Origin: Adineta vaga
Lineage: Eukaryota > Animalia > Rotifera
Direction: 5' to 3'
Length of the DNA: 64,000 nucleotides
Assembly (NCBI GenBank): GCA_021613535.1
Contig: CP075495.1
Location: 9,982,001 to 10,046,000, forward strand
The notes beneath the pieces were generated by a model that ran no database searches, was not told the origin of the DNA, and worked only from the letters and a program-made list of their open reading frames with translations. The translations under genes and the position numbers were made by a program. This document shows, piece after piece, positions 26,001 through 39,301 of the stretch (the stretch's first letter is position 1; the number at the start of each line of letters is the position of its first letter).

Positions 26001-28456
26001 TCAGCATCTAATTATTTATGAAACAATGAAAATTTTCGAGAAAAATATATCATTAATATCAGTACAATCACACTCCAGTCTTCCAAAAAGAAACAGAAGA
26101 TTTTTATTCACTCAAAACGATTGTTTGTAGTTTCCTGTTTGTCATATATTTATCATTATCTCACGTCAGATAAGTTGATTTTCAAAAAAAATATATACAT
26201 TGAACAAACATTCGAAATAAGACATCTGAATCTTTTTCTTCTATTAATATTCATAATTTTTAGTATGTTATTTGTTGTTTTTATGCACTCTAAAGTTAGC
26301 TTCAGTATAACTAATTATAGAGTACCATGAAGTGTAAATAGAAAATAAATAGATCCGGATAGATTTTGATAGTAAATTAATTTTTCCATCACGTTCAATC
26401 CTATTATAAAAACTTCTCAGACAGAATAACTAAGAGGTAGGAATGTTTTTGATTTCTACAAAAGCAATTTTTTTATCTAGATAAACACATTTATCATAAG
26501 TAAGGAAATTATATTTTGTGTATCTATTTCTGAATAGATTAGATTGACGTTAGCATTTTAGTTCTTGTGGATACTTCATTAATTAACGAAGATGTTCTAT
26601 ATTCTATTGATATTAAGAGGATAAAATCGTAGATAAACTCCATGACTAGCAAAATAGAAGCATATGATTACTTTTTAAATGAATTATTTATATTGAATCG
26701 ATTTGTCATGCATACTAAATCGTATTTATTTTGCTCTTTTTCAACTCCGATACCTCGAAGATCTTTATTTATCCATATGTTCCATATTCATAATAATTTT
26801 ATCGAAGTACATTTACGAATGAGAAAACAAACTATTTGATTATTCATTTCACGCTCAGATTAATCGGTCAAAATGAACGTATTTGTTGTCTTGAACTATT
26901 CCAAAGAGATTTTCTTTATAGATATTATTTTCTATGACATAAAAATCTAACATGTTTTTTTTATTTTTTCTTTTTGATCAACGTCATTAGTAATGTTGAG
27001 ATGATGTTTATAGGATCATATTTGATAGGCCAAAGAGGAAAATCTTTGTTATGAGAAAGGAAATAGAATATCTGAGTTTTCACTTGAAGTACGATTTCTA
27101 TTCTCACATCAAACAAAACAATGTCGTCAGCGGATCTCTATACGTAAATTTGATTTTCGTTCTCTAATTACATAAATATATATATATATATACCTATCGA
27201 GTGAATAGAATAAGTTTTCAAAAATTTCTTGTCCTCGAGAAATTTTCTCTAACCTAAACTGTCTCTTAGAATCTTCTTTCTTTCTGTCCTTGTTTCTTTG
27301 CTGTATAGATGAATTATTAATTTAGTTATCTGATCTTCTATGTCTGACTTAGTTGCTATGATAATGTGATGTCCTGATCTATTAGAAAGATGAAGAAGAG
27401 ATCTTCAGTTGCTTCTAGTTAATGCCTATCGTTGAGTATATATATATATATATATATATGAAAACGCGAGCAAGTATCTCGTTTTTAATCGAAAATAATG
27501 CGTTATATTGAAAAAAAAAATACTTGGTAGAAAAGAGAAATTAGACAAATAATATTTGATTCTAACTCGTTTCTGTATAATTACCGGCACTCCGGTTTTT
27601 TTTCTCTTACTACTAATTGTTGACGAGTGAGAAAAGCGGAAGATATGTGAATGCATATCCACGCCTTTTAAACATGCATATAGTCAAAGGTGCTCATCTG
27701 TCTTAGAACTCTCTCGTCAATAACAGGATGAAGTTCTATTCAAGTCTATCTCATCTTTTTTTTCTTCCTCTCATGAAAATCTGTCAGACGCCTATATTTA
27801 AATTTCGACAGAAAAGATTAATGCCGCGTTTACTAGTATTAATTTTCTCGTTATTCATTGTTACTAAAGAGGTTAACGAGTTCTATGATTATGTTTTAGT
27901 ATGTATCTACAAAATGCTTATTATTCAATTAGGAAATGTCAAGTTCATTAGAAATATATGTTACATATGCTTCAATTGAAGAAAAAAGACAGATTTCATT
28001 TTTCATTTTTCTGTAATCAATAGATAATTATCAATAAAACGATTTAGATAGAATGTCATTTAGTTCATAGATTCTTTCCTGTGCTTTATATATATCTTCC
28101 GGCATCTAAACAGAGTTCGTCTGCGTAAATGTTTGAGATAAGTATGCTATATTTTTTAAATTTATTTCTTCTAAACAAGTCATTTTTCTTCGTTCTACTA
28201 ATATCTATGTCGTTAGTTTTTCTTTGGAGAATTCTTTTCAAACGACGTCACTCTTTCATTAATAGCTTATTTAAAATGATTCTTTTCATAGAGAGACAGA
28301 TTAGTGTCAATGCACTTTTGTGTTTCTCTTGATATTAATTATCACATATAATATGTTATTTATCTTCACTGTTCTTTCTTTCTTTAGATCGTATTTGATG
28401 TTTTTATAGCATCAGAATAAAACAAATCGAGAGAACAACTTCTAACAAAACAGTCC

Positions 28457-31400
28457 ATGGATGAAATAATGACAACTAATAATACGAATTTTTCCGATAG
28501 TTTTTTCAATACAATATTTATTTGGTGTTATATCTTACCATTAATACATGTATTTAGTTTATTTTCAAATATCATTTGTATTATTGTTTTTTCTTCAAAT
28601 GTTTTTATTAAAAAACCAATTGCAATCTATTTTATTTGTTTATTATTAAGTGATTCAATGGTTTTATTTATTGGTTATATTAATATACCTTATCGTGAAA
28701 CTCCTCAAATAATACCAACATCATCGTTATGTGCATCCACAACAAATTTATTGATACGTTTAATAGATTCTATTTTTTCATCTATGGAACGGTATTGTCT
28801 CGAATGGATATTATATAAAGTTTTATGGTTACGTGTTTCAACGATACTTTTAGCTATATTAAGTGTTCAACGAACAAGAACATTTTTTTCATTATCCTAT
28901 CATGAAACACGTTTATGTGCATTTTCATCATGTATTCTAAGTATTATTCTTGCTTTTTTTATCACTTGGATAGAATGGACTGGTATACATTATGTTGAAG
29001 TTAGAAATCCAGAAATTTATACCGATATTTTTCAAACAGTTTTTGAAAATAGTTCGTCAAAAGAATTCTATTCATCAATTTTATATCGAGATTATAATGG
29101 ATCGACAAAAAATTATCCTTGTTTAATGGAATCATTAAATATGACATCACTAACAAGTATAACTAATCAGGTAAAGATCAACTGTTTCATACATTTTATT
29201 AAACTTTCTTCCTATATAAAAAAAAGAACATGATTATTTAATCGAATTATTCAATAGTTCTCTCATAGACAAAAGAACGAAGTTTATATTAAGTACAATT
29301 TATTCTAATAGTTAACTTTTCGCATAAAAATGAATATAGCCTCGGTTAATAATTATAGAGAATATCTATTCTAAACTATATATATATATGCAGACGAAAG
29401 GTTTAAGGAAAAAAGCTTGATTAATCATAGTTAAGAAGAAAGTTCTCGAAAAAAATCGACTCCACAGTACTGACTACGAATTAATTATTAAAAAAGAAGA
29501 TTCAAGTAATTAAAGACGTTGTTTTCTTATTTCATAGGTAGATCCAAATATAGTTCATAGAAGAAAAACATAGATAATCATTGATTCAGATTAGTTTGAC
29601 CTGGGTATGAGAGAGAGAAATTCTGTATACTTACTGTACTCTACTATTGTGATAGTAATTAAAGTTTGAGAATGTCGTTACAATAGAAATAAACTAGAAT
29701 TTTCTTTTCTAATGATGATTTCTTGAAATATGACCTGGAAAAATTCGAATATTGAACATCAAAAATGATAATTATCATGTTCGACTGTTCATTGATTTGA
29801 AAAAGGAAATTATACAAGGTGAATAACTTTGTCAACAAGTAGAATGATGTTTTCTATGAATATATGATTACCGTTGGATGTGGAAGAAAAACACGTTCAA
29901 CTGAAACATTACTGTCAGAACTATGTAAATATAAAAGATAGTTATGAAACGCGTCGATTAATCTTCTTTAGAAGATTAATTAACGAGTTACAAAGTGAAA
30001 CAACAAAATGGAAAGAACTTTTTCGGTTATAATTATTTCCATGACAGACATGACTTTGAAAATTATATAGACGCGTTTAGTTTCTTATAAAGTACACTCA
30101 TTTTCGCATGACTAATTTAATGAATGCTATTTAATATTGATATTTCATCTTTTTTGAGCTATATTGAAAGTAAAACAAAAGAATACTTCATACAAAAGTA
30201 AAAATAAACCATTCATTCTGTTTTTTACTCTTGTTTTTAATAGAGAAAAATCCTATGATAAAAAATAAAATAACATGAAGATTGAGATTTTTGTCTTTCT
30301 ATTTCGTTCATTTATTGAACCTATCATTATAAGAATCTAATTAGCACACAGCATGTTTTTGTCGTCTTCCTGGGAGTTACAGACATCTACTCATTTCTTT
30401 TTATTTTTATGACAACTTCATAATTATAATCATACCGATTTGTTCTGATCTACTGAAGAGATGAAGAAAAACATTCTTTTAGGTCATTCGATACAAAGTC
30501 GAGTGTGATCATGATAGAAAAGACTTGAAGATTCTCTTGATTGCATGTCCTAAACATACTATAAGAAAGTCTCTTAAAAGATCAAATTAAGTTTATTTCG
30601 TCTATACTATTTTTACTTGGAGTTAAAGTATTCTTATGCCGGAAATAACTAAAAGGTAGTTTTCCATATCACTAACAAATAATATTTTGTAAACAATAAT
30701 GACAAAACTACTTGTTAACCTAATGAAACTCATTCAAATCTTTTTCAATAAAAAGCAATCTAATTCTTCTTTCTTAATACACTTTGTTAACTATATGTTA
30801 TTAAGAATTGTTTCGTACTCAAAAGTTAAGATTAATGATGCATCATGTCAAAAATGCGATAGACAAAGTTTCTTTTCTTACGCTTCAAACTTTCTATTTT
30901 GAATTAAAATTGATTTTCTAATGATTGTTTTAGTCCGATTGTTTATCTATGAATATAACTCAACAATTTCAATCATTCACAACAATTTTACATATAAATC
31001 GTGAAATGAATTCTAGTGAAATAATTGATTCAATTTTATTGAATACTCTTTCAAATCACATCAATTCATCCAATCAATCAGTTTTAAAACATGATTATAA
31101 CTTAGTCAATTCAAGTGATTTTATTCTACGACTTTTTGACAATCCATCATGTAAAATAGCGATTGATTATTCCCTATGGTTAAAGGGATATGATTTTTTC
31201 AATTCTGTCTCTTGGAAATTTAGTCGTCGAACGATGGCAATCTTTTTTGGTAATGCATTACCATCATTTGTTGCTGCTGTCGCAAATCTTCTCTCTATAA
31301 AAGTAATTTGTTTTTCAAAAAGTTTAAAATATTTAAAAAAAGCAGCAAGTAAAAATCGTCGAAAACGTCGTTTACAAAATGATTTACGTGCATTTCTTGT

Positions 31401-32364
31401 GATTATCATTGAAAGTTTTCTTGTTATTTTGATCTCATGGGGTATACCAATATTTTTAACAATGTACTATTGTTCAACAATATATGTTATTAATTTTTCG
31501 TCATGTCCAGAAATTAAAGATTATTTAGTTTTATTTCTTTGCACTGATCTATTAAATTCATCAAGCAATTGTCTATTATATTCTTTATCGGGTAAATTAT
31601 TTCGACGAAGACTTATTTTAATATTAAAAACCATATTTGTCTGTGGACATGGAACATTATGGAATATTAAACAACATTCATTAAACTCATCTCATCATCC
31701 ACTTGAACGACAGTTATCAAATAATCTTTCGACAAATATCAATCAACAACAACAACAACAACAAAAACACGAAAATTATCGTCAATCAGGTCGTTTATCA
31801 TCTCCGAATCTTAACCGTCAACAACGTAGATTAAGTAATTCCGTACGAACAACAATAACATATAGTCGTAGTAATGGTCAACCACGAAATGTATCTGATG
31901 ACGGTTCAAATAGTCTTGGTCCAGTAAGTGATGACTATCATGGTGAAAGAAATTCTATAAGTGATATTGAATGTGATACGAAAAGAATATCACAGACAAT
32001 TGAACCACGAAAAAGTTCTCTTTCAATTGGATCATATCTTCTTCATAAAGTACGATCAATGGGTTCGACAAGTAGTGGAAGTAGTAAAGCACCTTCCGAC
32101 AAACATACATCAAAACGATTAACTATTGAAAAACCTAAACGAAAAAATAAAACAAAACGTTTTACAACAATGAATTGTAAACCAACAAATACAATAGATT
32201 TTTCCGTATCAACATCATCAATTACTGGTAGTATTAGTCATGGTTCGCAAAGAAAACATTCAATAACGACACGTTATTCTGTAACTAAAGTTTTACTATC
32301 ACATACAACAGATAAACCGTCTATAATTGTTGATGATGTTCCAGAGAGTTTTTCAAGCTTGTGA
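28457..32364 (+). CDS. Orphan rhodopsin-like GPCR with long ECL2 and Ser-rich C-tail; exons 28457-29170 and 30934-32364
   Basis: TM1 FSN, TM2 LLLSD, TM3 LSVQRT (DRY equivalent), TM7 NCLLYSLSGKLFRR. A phase-0 intron at 29171-30933 joins the two ORFs. Confidence 0.85.
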
Positions 32365-33174
32365 ATCTTTTTTTTAATGTCTTTCTGTTGTCAAAGAGAA
32401 ATATATATATACTTATTTCTTGAATATATTTTTTTCGTTGAAAATGACAATAATAGTTCGAATTGAATACTGTGAGTATCAAAATAATCAAGCGTGTAAC
32501 GATGAAGAACAAAAAAAATGTTATTTATACTCGGTTACATTCATGACAAATTCTAATACTTCTGAAAATTAAAATCTAAAGAAAATCTTGTTTTTTTTTT
32601 CTTCTATTGTAAATATATTTCCACTTTGAAATGTAATCATGGACTATAAGTAACACTACGAACGCAAACGTTAATGATAATGCTCTTAGGTATTATTTCC
32701 GGCGAATTCTAAGAACTATTCATCTTACAAAGAGAAAATAGATACTTACATACAGACTTTCATTTGATTTATTAGCGTAGTTTATAATTAATCTTCCCAA
32801 TCCCATCTTTAGATGACTTGATTTGTTCTCAGAAAACTAATTATCATTATCAATACCACTAAAGAAACTGAAACATTTTGAAATTGAATTGAACAAAAAA
32901 TATTTCTCAATAACAACAACTACACAATAGATCGTCTTCTCTACGATTATTTTCTATTACATCAATCGACTCATAATCAAGATAGCTTGTCACATATACA
33001 ATATCTTCATTATCTAATGATAACCGCTGAGAAAAATAGTCAGAAATAGTTTATAATTAATCAACGCATATTTTTTTTGTAAATTTTTTTCTATAATTTA
33101 CAGAAATTCATGAAGTCAGAAATAGCAAGTCATACTTCTAAGAAAAAAATTGATGTTCATCTTTTTCCGCTAAG

Positions 33175-34113
33175 ATGACTGATGTGGTAGAAATCATTCA
33201 TTATATTCAGATCATTGTTATCATATTGATCATTCTATTAGCTTTGATTTATTCCATTACTATTTTCTTAACTCATCAGTTTCAAAATCGAAATAATATA
33301 TTTACAGTTAATCTTTGTTTAACAAAAATTTGTGCCAATATTTATTGGTTACTTTTTTATCTATTAGTAAAATTTCATTCGAAATATTTAAATACAGTAA
33401 ATATTTGTTCAATTTTGATTTATTTTGAAATGATGTGTATATTACAAATACCATTGGCATATCTTGTTGTATCAGTCAATTGATTTTGTTCGATTGTTTA
33501 TCATACAAAAACTTTGTTCAAAAGAAAACAATGGATTATTACATGTATTCCAATTCAATGGATTTGTGGAATTGTTTTTACTTTACCATTACTTCCATTT
33601 AATGAAACAGTAAGAAATATTTTTCATATTCTATGTGTTTCGATCATTTATGTACTCGAAAATTTTCTTCATAGACTTGTACTACACTATTATGGACACG
33701 GATTTATGTTTTTAATGATTGTAATCACTCCAACTATCGTTGGTTTTATTATTCATATAATTATATATAGTTATGTACGTTCATCGTCTCGCCGTGTTCA
33801 ACTATCAACTATTCGTGTAGAAAACAGTGTAATTAATTCATTCCAACAACAACAGCACAGTCATCATCGTGATGCACATTTGATTCGACGAATGATTTCT
33901 ATGTTTTGTATTTTTATTGGTGGTTGGAGTTCAATGTACATTTATCTCGTAATTGTTCCTGATTATTCGTACACATTACTGTTAACATCATTATTTACTC
34001 CTCTAGCACAATCATGTTTATTGCCTGATATTCTTACTTTGTATATTTATAATACTGAACTACGACGATATTTACAAACAAAATTTCGTAAATGTTTTTA
34101 TATTCAATTGTAA
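33175..34113 (+). pseudogene. Divergent 7TM GPCR (chemoreceptor-like) pseudogene
   Basis: TGA at 33481-33483 replaces the expected Arg of SVN[R]FCSIVYH (one CGA>TGA change). After removing intron 33610-33674 the frame also breaks in the T-run near 33710. Confidence 0.75.
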
Positions 34114-35540
34114 TAAAATTTTTACTTTGATGAATGATACTCAACATATTCTCGACTTTAGAAGATTTAATGAGTTTACTGGTGCAACTAAAAATCAAAG
34201 AATAAAACGGATTTTCCTTTCTTTCTTAACGAGATGCTTGTCTTCAATTCTGACACACATATTATTCTACTAATGATTAGTTCCTCTGAAAGGGCATGAT
34301 GCTCTTTTTATGACGAAAAAAACTATCTAAGAAAATAAATCCTCATCCTTAATCATAACACACAGTACGTAATGAAAGCCATCGTGTTCTTCTAATATTT
34401 TTCGAATCCCAGAACTGCTTCCAATATGTCATATTTTCCATTTCGAAAATTATTTCATTACTTATAACTGTTCATAGTACAAAATTTATACACTATCAAT
34501 AGTCAAAAAGAGACATCATAAATAATATCACTCTATTTCTTCCAGCATCTCGTTCACATATACTTGTGATACATTATACAATCCAAACGAATCTCTCCAA
34601 TTATGTGAACAATTCCAACCTGGGTTCAGCTGTTTATTTTCTTTCTTTCTGAAGATTTCTAAAAAAAACATCCAAATGATGAGAAATCCACCAAGATTTG
34701 TCCTTCCATCGAAAATAGAGCTCCAGATGATTACCGCCATTATACAGTGACAAACAAATAGATACCAATTGAACATCAATTCTTCGGTAACAGCTGAATT
34801 GTTCATTTTATCTAAATTAATCAGTTACATTGACAGACATTTTCTATTAATCAATCAAGCTGATTCCCTTCACAAAACACAAGACCTTCGAAAGATCTTG
34901 TTCTACCTTCATCCGTTTGTCACATGTTTTCTATTTATCAGTAAAGTATGAGAACGAATCAATCTCAGACATTTGAATTTGAATATTTTTGGAAAAAAAC
35001 ACACACCGACACATATTCGTCTTCATTTCTATGAACAGTTAATCAAAAACATGCAACCGCCAACTGAGGTGTTGATTAGTTTGATCATTCATCTTTCATA
35101 AAATATACAGAAATGACACCATCTTGATGATGATGTAAAGTATATTTCATCCATTCACGATTACTTGTTATCAACAATCGAATAACAAATTAGACGATTC
35201 GTCGTCACAGATTAAAACAACCTATCAACAAATTAAAAGCAGCCTACATCTTCTATCTATTAACATCGCAGGTTGCTTCTTTATTTCTCTCTCTCTCTCT
35301 TCCTTCTATTTATCAATTTCTTTCACATTTATCTTCTCTTATAACTAGCCGTGCATCTTCATTTCTTCATCACACTTAATCAATTTATCATCATCAACGA
35401 CAACAACAACAACAACAATAAGTCGAACGATCATCAACACGAAATTACATTCATCGTATCCCAAATATTTGCAGCTTTTCTTTTTTTTCTAACATTATTT
35501 TCAGATCTTCATCTTATTTTCTTGTAGGAATTGATCAGTA

Positions 35541-36681
35541 ATGTATGAACAAGCAGAACAAGAAGCTCTTCTCGGTAAGTTACTATGTATTTGAAAAAAG
35601 AAAGGTTCTACGTGGTTTTCTTTTCCAGCCGGTCATGGTCGTGTAAATCAATTAGGCGGTGTTTTTATTAATGGTCGTCCGTTACCAGATGACATTCGTC
35701 GTCAAATTATCGAAATGGCTCGTAATGATATTCGTCCTTGTGTCATCAGTCGTGAAGTAAGACAATTCATGGTAGAATGTTAGAAAAACTAACTTTATAT
35801 TTATTATAGCTTCGAGTATCTCATGGATGTGTATCAAAGATACTTTCACGTTATAATGAAACAGGTTCATATAAACCGGGTCCGATTGCAAATAGAAATA
35901 ATCGAATGCAAACGAAAACGAAAAGTCCACAGTTCTATCATGATATAGATACAACAACGGAAGAATCCGATGAAAGCAAAAGTAAATTTTTGCCTTTTAG
36001 TGAAATGTATTCTAAACTCTTTGATTTCATTCTTAGATAATTCACTCAATGATACATTACCATTACGTCCAGTGAGAAACTTAACTAACAATGCACGTCG
36101 TTATCGTTCTTCATTTAATGCTGAACAGATCGAAATACTTGAACAAACCTTCACTCAAACACCGTATCCTGATGTTTCAACTCGTGAACGTCTTTCTCAA
36201 CGTTTAAACATTGAAGAAAATCGAATTCAAGTAAGTGTTATATTCTTTTTAAGGTTGACAAATGTTTTTTTTTCGATTTCTTCAAATAGATATGGTTTAG
36301 TAACCGTCGTGCTCGCACTCGTAAAGGATCTACTGTAAGTGCTGGAAACATTTTCAAAGATGAAGAAAATACTCTCCCAACATATCTTCCACCACAACTG
36401 ACGGATGTAAAACCAATGACAATGCCTGATATTGCTTTCGATCCAACCATTACATCAAGCCCAACATCGAGTACGTATAATTTTTTTTCCATTTAAATGA
36501 TTTCTTATAACAATTACGTATAGATTACTGGCCATCATCATCGCCGATTTCGTATGGAACAATGAATTCTTCATATTCACCGATGAATAGTTACTATTAT
36601 CCGACTTATGATTCAGCAACTTGTTCGTCCATGTATTCGGGATATCCGCTTGCGTACCCAACTTATCCATCATTCTATTGA
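35541..36681 (+). CDS. Pax3/7: Pax3/7-like transcription factor: PAI subdomain only plus Ser50 paired-type homeodomain, 6 coding exons
   Basis: [48 protein letters not shown]; homeodomain RRYRSSF...[10 protein letters not shown]...[12 protein letters not shown]; Ser/Tyr/Pro-rich tail. Confidence 0.88.
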
Positions 36682-37490
36682 TTGTTTTCTTTGTATATAA
36701 GCTCAGTATTTATATTTTTTTGTCGTTGCTTTTCTTCTTACTTGTATCATTCGGTTCTCTTTTGATAAATAAAAATGCAAAATATACTAGTTCAAATTCT
36801 GAATGATTTCGTCTCGGTCGAATTGGGGGCGATACAATCATTATTTGCGATGAAATAAAAAGCAATGCTCCAAGGCATATATTGATGTCTGAAAGTAGTA
36901 CTCTTAAGGTCAGTAGCATTAGAATGAAGAGGCCTTTTACGGACGTTAAGTGTCGGTAGCCAACTTCGAGTAGTGTAATTTTATTGATGGAGTTGAAAAA
37001 AAAACACTTGTTTTCAGCACTACGCATAGATGTGCATTGCAAAATAGAAAACAAATTGACGAGACAGAAGAATGAAGTTGTCGGTTAAGGCTGATCGGTA
37101 GTATTTGGAACAATTCGATTCTCGAAGACAAATGATTTTATTTTCTGAATCACTACTTACATTGGTATACTGAACTTTCACAGTACTTCAACAACAATGA
37201 ATGTTTCCTTTAGAAGAATATTGGAAATTAAAGATTATTAATTTCGTCACAATTACAATACATTCATTGAGTCGATTCTGAACTCAAATGACATGATTTT
37301 CTTTTCTCTATTTCTTCATCTAATAAACAAAAACAGATCATAACAAAGAGAAACGTCGTATCTGTCCACCGAATTATACAACAAACAACAGTAAATGACA
37401 TCCATTGGAAAAAATAACATGAAATAATAAAGTACGATAAACAAAACAAGTAGAAGAGAATTGAACAGCACATATGAAAAAAGAAGAAAA

Positions 37491-39301
37491 CTATCCGGTA
37501 TATTCATCATCCATTCGATCCGATGCCATTGCACCTCGTACAATCATACTCAATGTCCATACTTTAGTATCTATAGGACAGCCAGTTGAAGGTGGTGCTT
37601 GTTTACAACGTAGAAACCAATGGTTGTAATGAAGAGCAATACGTGGATGTCGAAGAAGAAAATCAAAAAAATATTCAGGTGCAATTGTATCCATCTGGAA
37701 AGAGGAGAAAAACAAACATTATTATATTATTGAACTTCTTATTTGTCTAAATAACAATATACATACTTTTAAACGGTAGTTTCTTTTCACTACATTGATT
37801 GCTTCATTATGTACAAAGAGTTGAGCATCAAGCATAAGAGATGTCGTTGAGAATTTTTCCATTAAACGGCTTGCAATATATTCTTCTTCGAAATCAGTTA
37901 ATGGTGGAATATTTTTTGCCATCAATTCAGAAATATTTAATCCATTTGCACGTGTTTTTGAACTTACATATTCAATATCAGTACTTGAACTTGGACGATA
38001 AGTAGATGAAGCCTAAATTAAAGATAAGAAAACCATTGATTTCAAGTTTCATAATTTTATTTTTATCATCAATTAATCATTGTCAAAGGTAAATGATCTT
38101 CATAAACAAAATCATTCTATCTATATAAAGTGACCGATCAATGTGTCGATCGTATTCGTTTTCGTAAACAATAGTCATGAGTTTGTATTTGATTGTAATA
38201 AGTCTCATACTCCGGTCGAAGGTCAAAATAGATCAGTGTAAACTACAAAGGACAGTATTGTAGGTAATTGAAGAGATAAAATCGTATGTAGTTAAGATAA
38301 TGATTTGCATTAATTCTTAAAATAGTGACAGATATGACACATTCTCAATACTACTCATCAATAATTTGATTCTCATTGGAATACAAAGAGGTCATTGTTA
38401 TATAGATAGAAATTTAAACTGAAAGACATTAATGTAGGCTGTTTAAAGATAAACAAATTATTCACACGTATATTTATTCTCAATGAGTGAATTTAGCAAA
38501 GATAATTGACTGATCTATCGGTTTTCAAGAATGTCATATTTATCGAATGATTTTATTCGTTAATGTTCAACATTATTCAAAAGAATTACTCACCGCTGGT
38601 TCTGATTTAACACTTGGAAGTAAATCAGCGTCATCCAAGTTTTCGACAGAAAATACATTAAAATCTGCCATTTCTAGTTTCACATTACTACTCATTGATT
38701 GACGCGTTGTTGGTTGCTAATTTTATTAGAAACAATTATTCATATGAAATAAAATCAATTTTGTGACTTACAACACAATATTCTTCGAGTATTTCAATAT
38801 CATTATCATCATCAGCAAATTTCTCGTTACGATCATAAATATTTTTTCGATTATTTGGATTCACTAAAACAGTAAACTTTTGAATTAAAAGACGAAGGAA
38901 AAAAATTAACTATTACAGATGGGCAATGATGCATTTGTTAATAACGGTTTTCTTTTCCTCTTCGGTAATTCTTTATTTCGTTGTAATGCATTATGTTTAG
39001 TACATAATTGTCGTGCATGAGAAAGATTTGTGCATTCATTTTGTTGCCATGTACAAACTAATCTCCATCGACAACCATCATATTTTTCACGACGATTATT
39101 TTGATCGTTTTCAATAAATCGAATAGTATTTTTTAATGGTGGTGAGGTTAAAGGTTGTTGCGGTGGTGGTAAGGTTGTTGTTGCTGAAGTTGTTAATCGA
39201 TTAGGATTTACAAAAGAAGATGTACCTTGTAACAATGAACGAAATAATTGATCTACTGCTGATGGTGAACATGTGGGTGCTGCTGTTGTTGTTGGATGCA
39301 T
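37491..39301 (-). CDS. Putative nuclear protein with a Capicua-L-like C2CH motif and a C-terminal CENPB/Tc5-type HTH-like domain, 5 exons
   Basis: RREKYDGCRWRLVC...C..LSHARQLCTKH followed by the NLS-like PKRKRK; SUMO consensus sites VKLE and VKSE; PLTDFEEEYI...EYFFDFLLRHPRI. GT-AG introns keep the frame. Confidence 0.6.

Noticed and set aside
23100-28400. About 5 kb region with several 60-80 aa ORFs and (AT)n runs
   Set aside because: No coding signature or repeat array seen; most likely regulatory or 5'UTR-intron sequence for the flanking genes.
33481-33483. In-frame TGA as selenocysteine, read-through or an alternative genetic code
   Set aside because: The position expects Arg (CGA>TGA transition), a second lesion exists in the same gene, and TGA is a normal stop in other genes here.
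36790-37130. Slightly GC-richer block between the Pax gene and the CENPB-like gene (possible MITE or ncRNA)
   Set aside because: No convincing terminal inverted repeats, target-site duplication or recognisable RNA structure by eye; a repeat-library or Rfam search would be needed.
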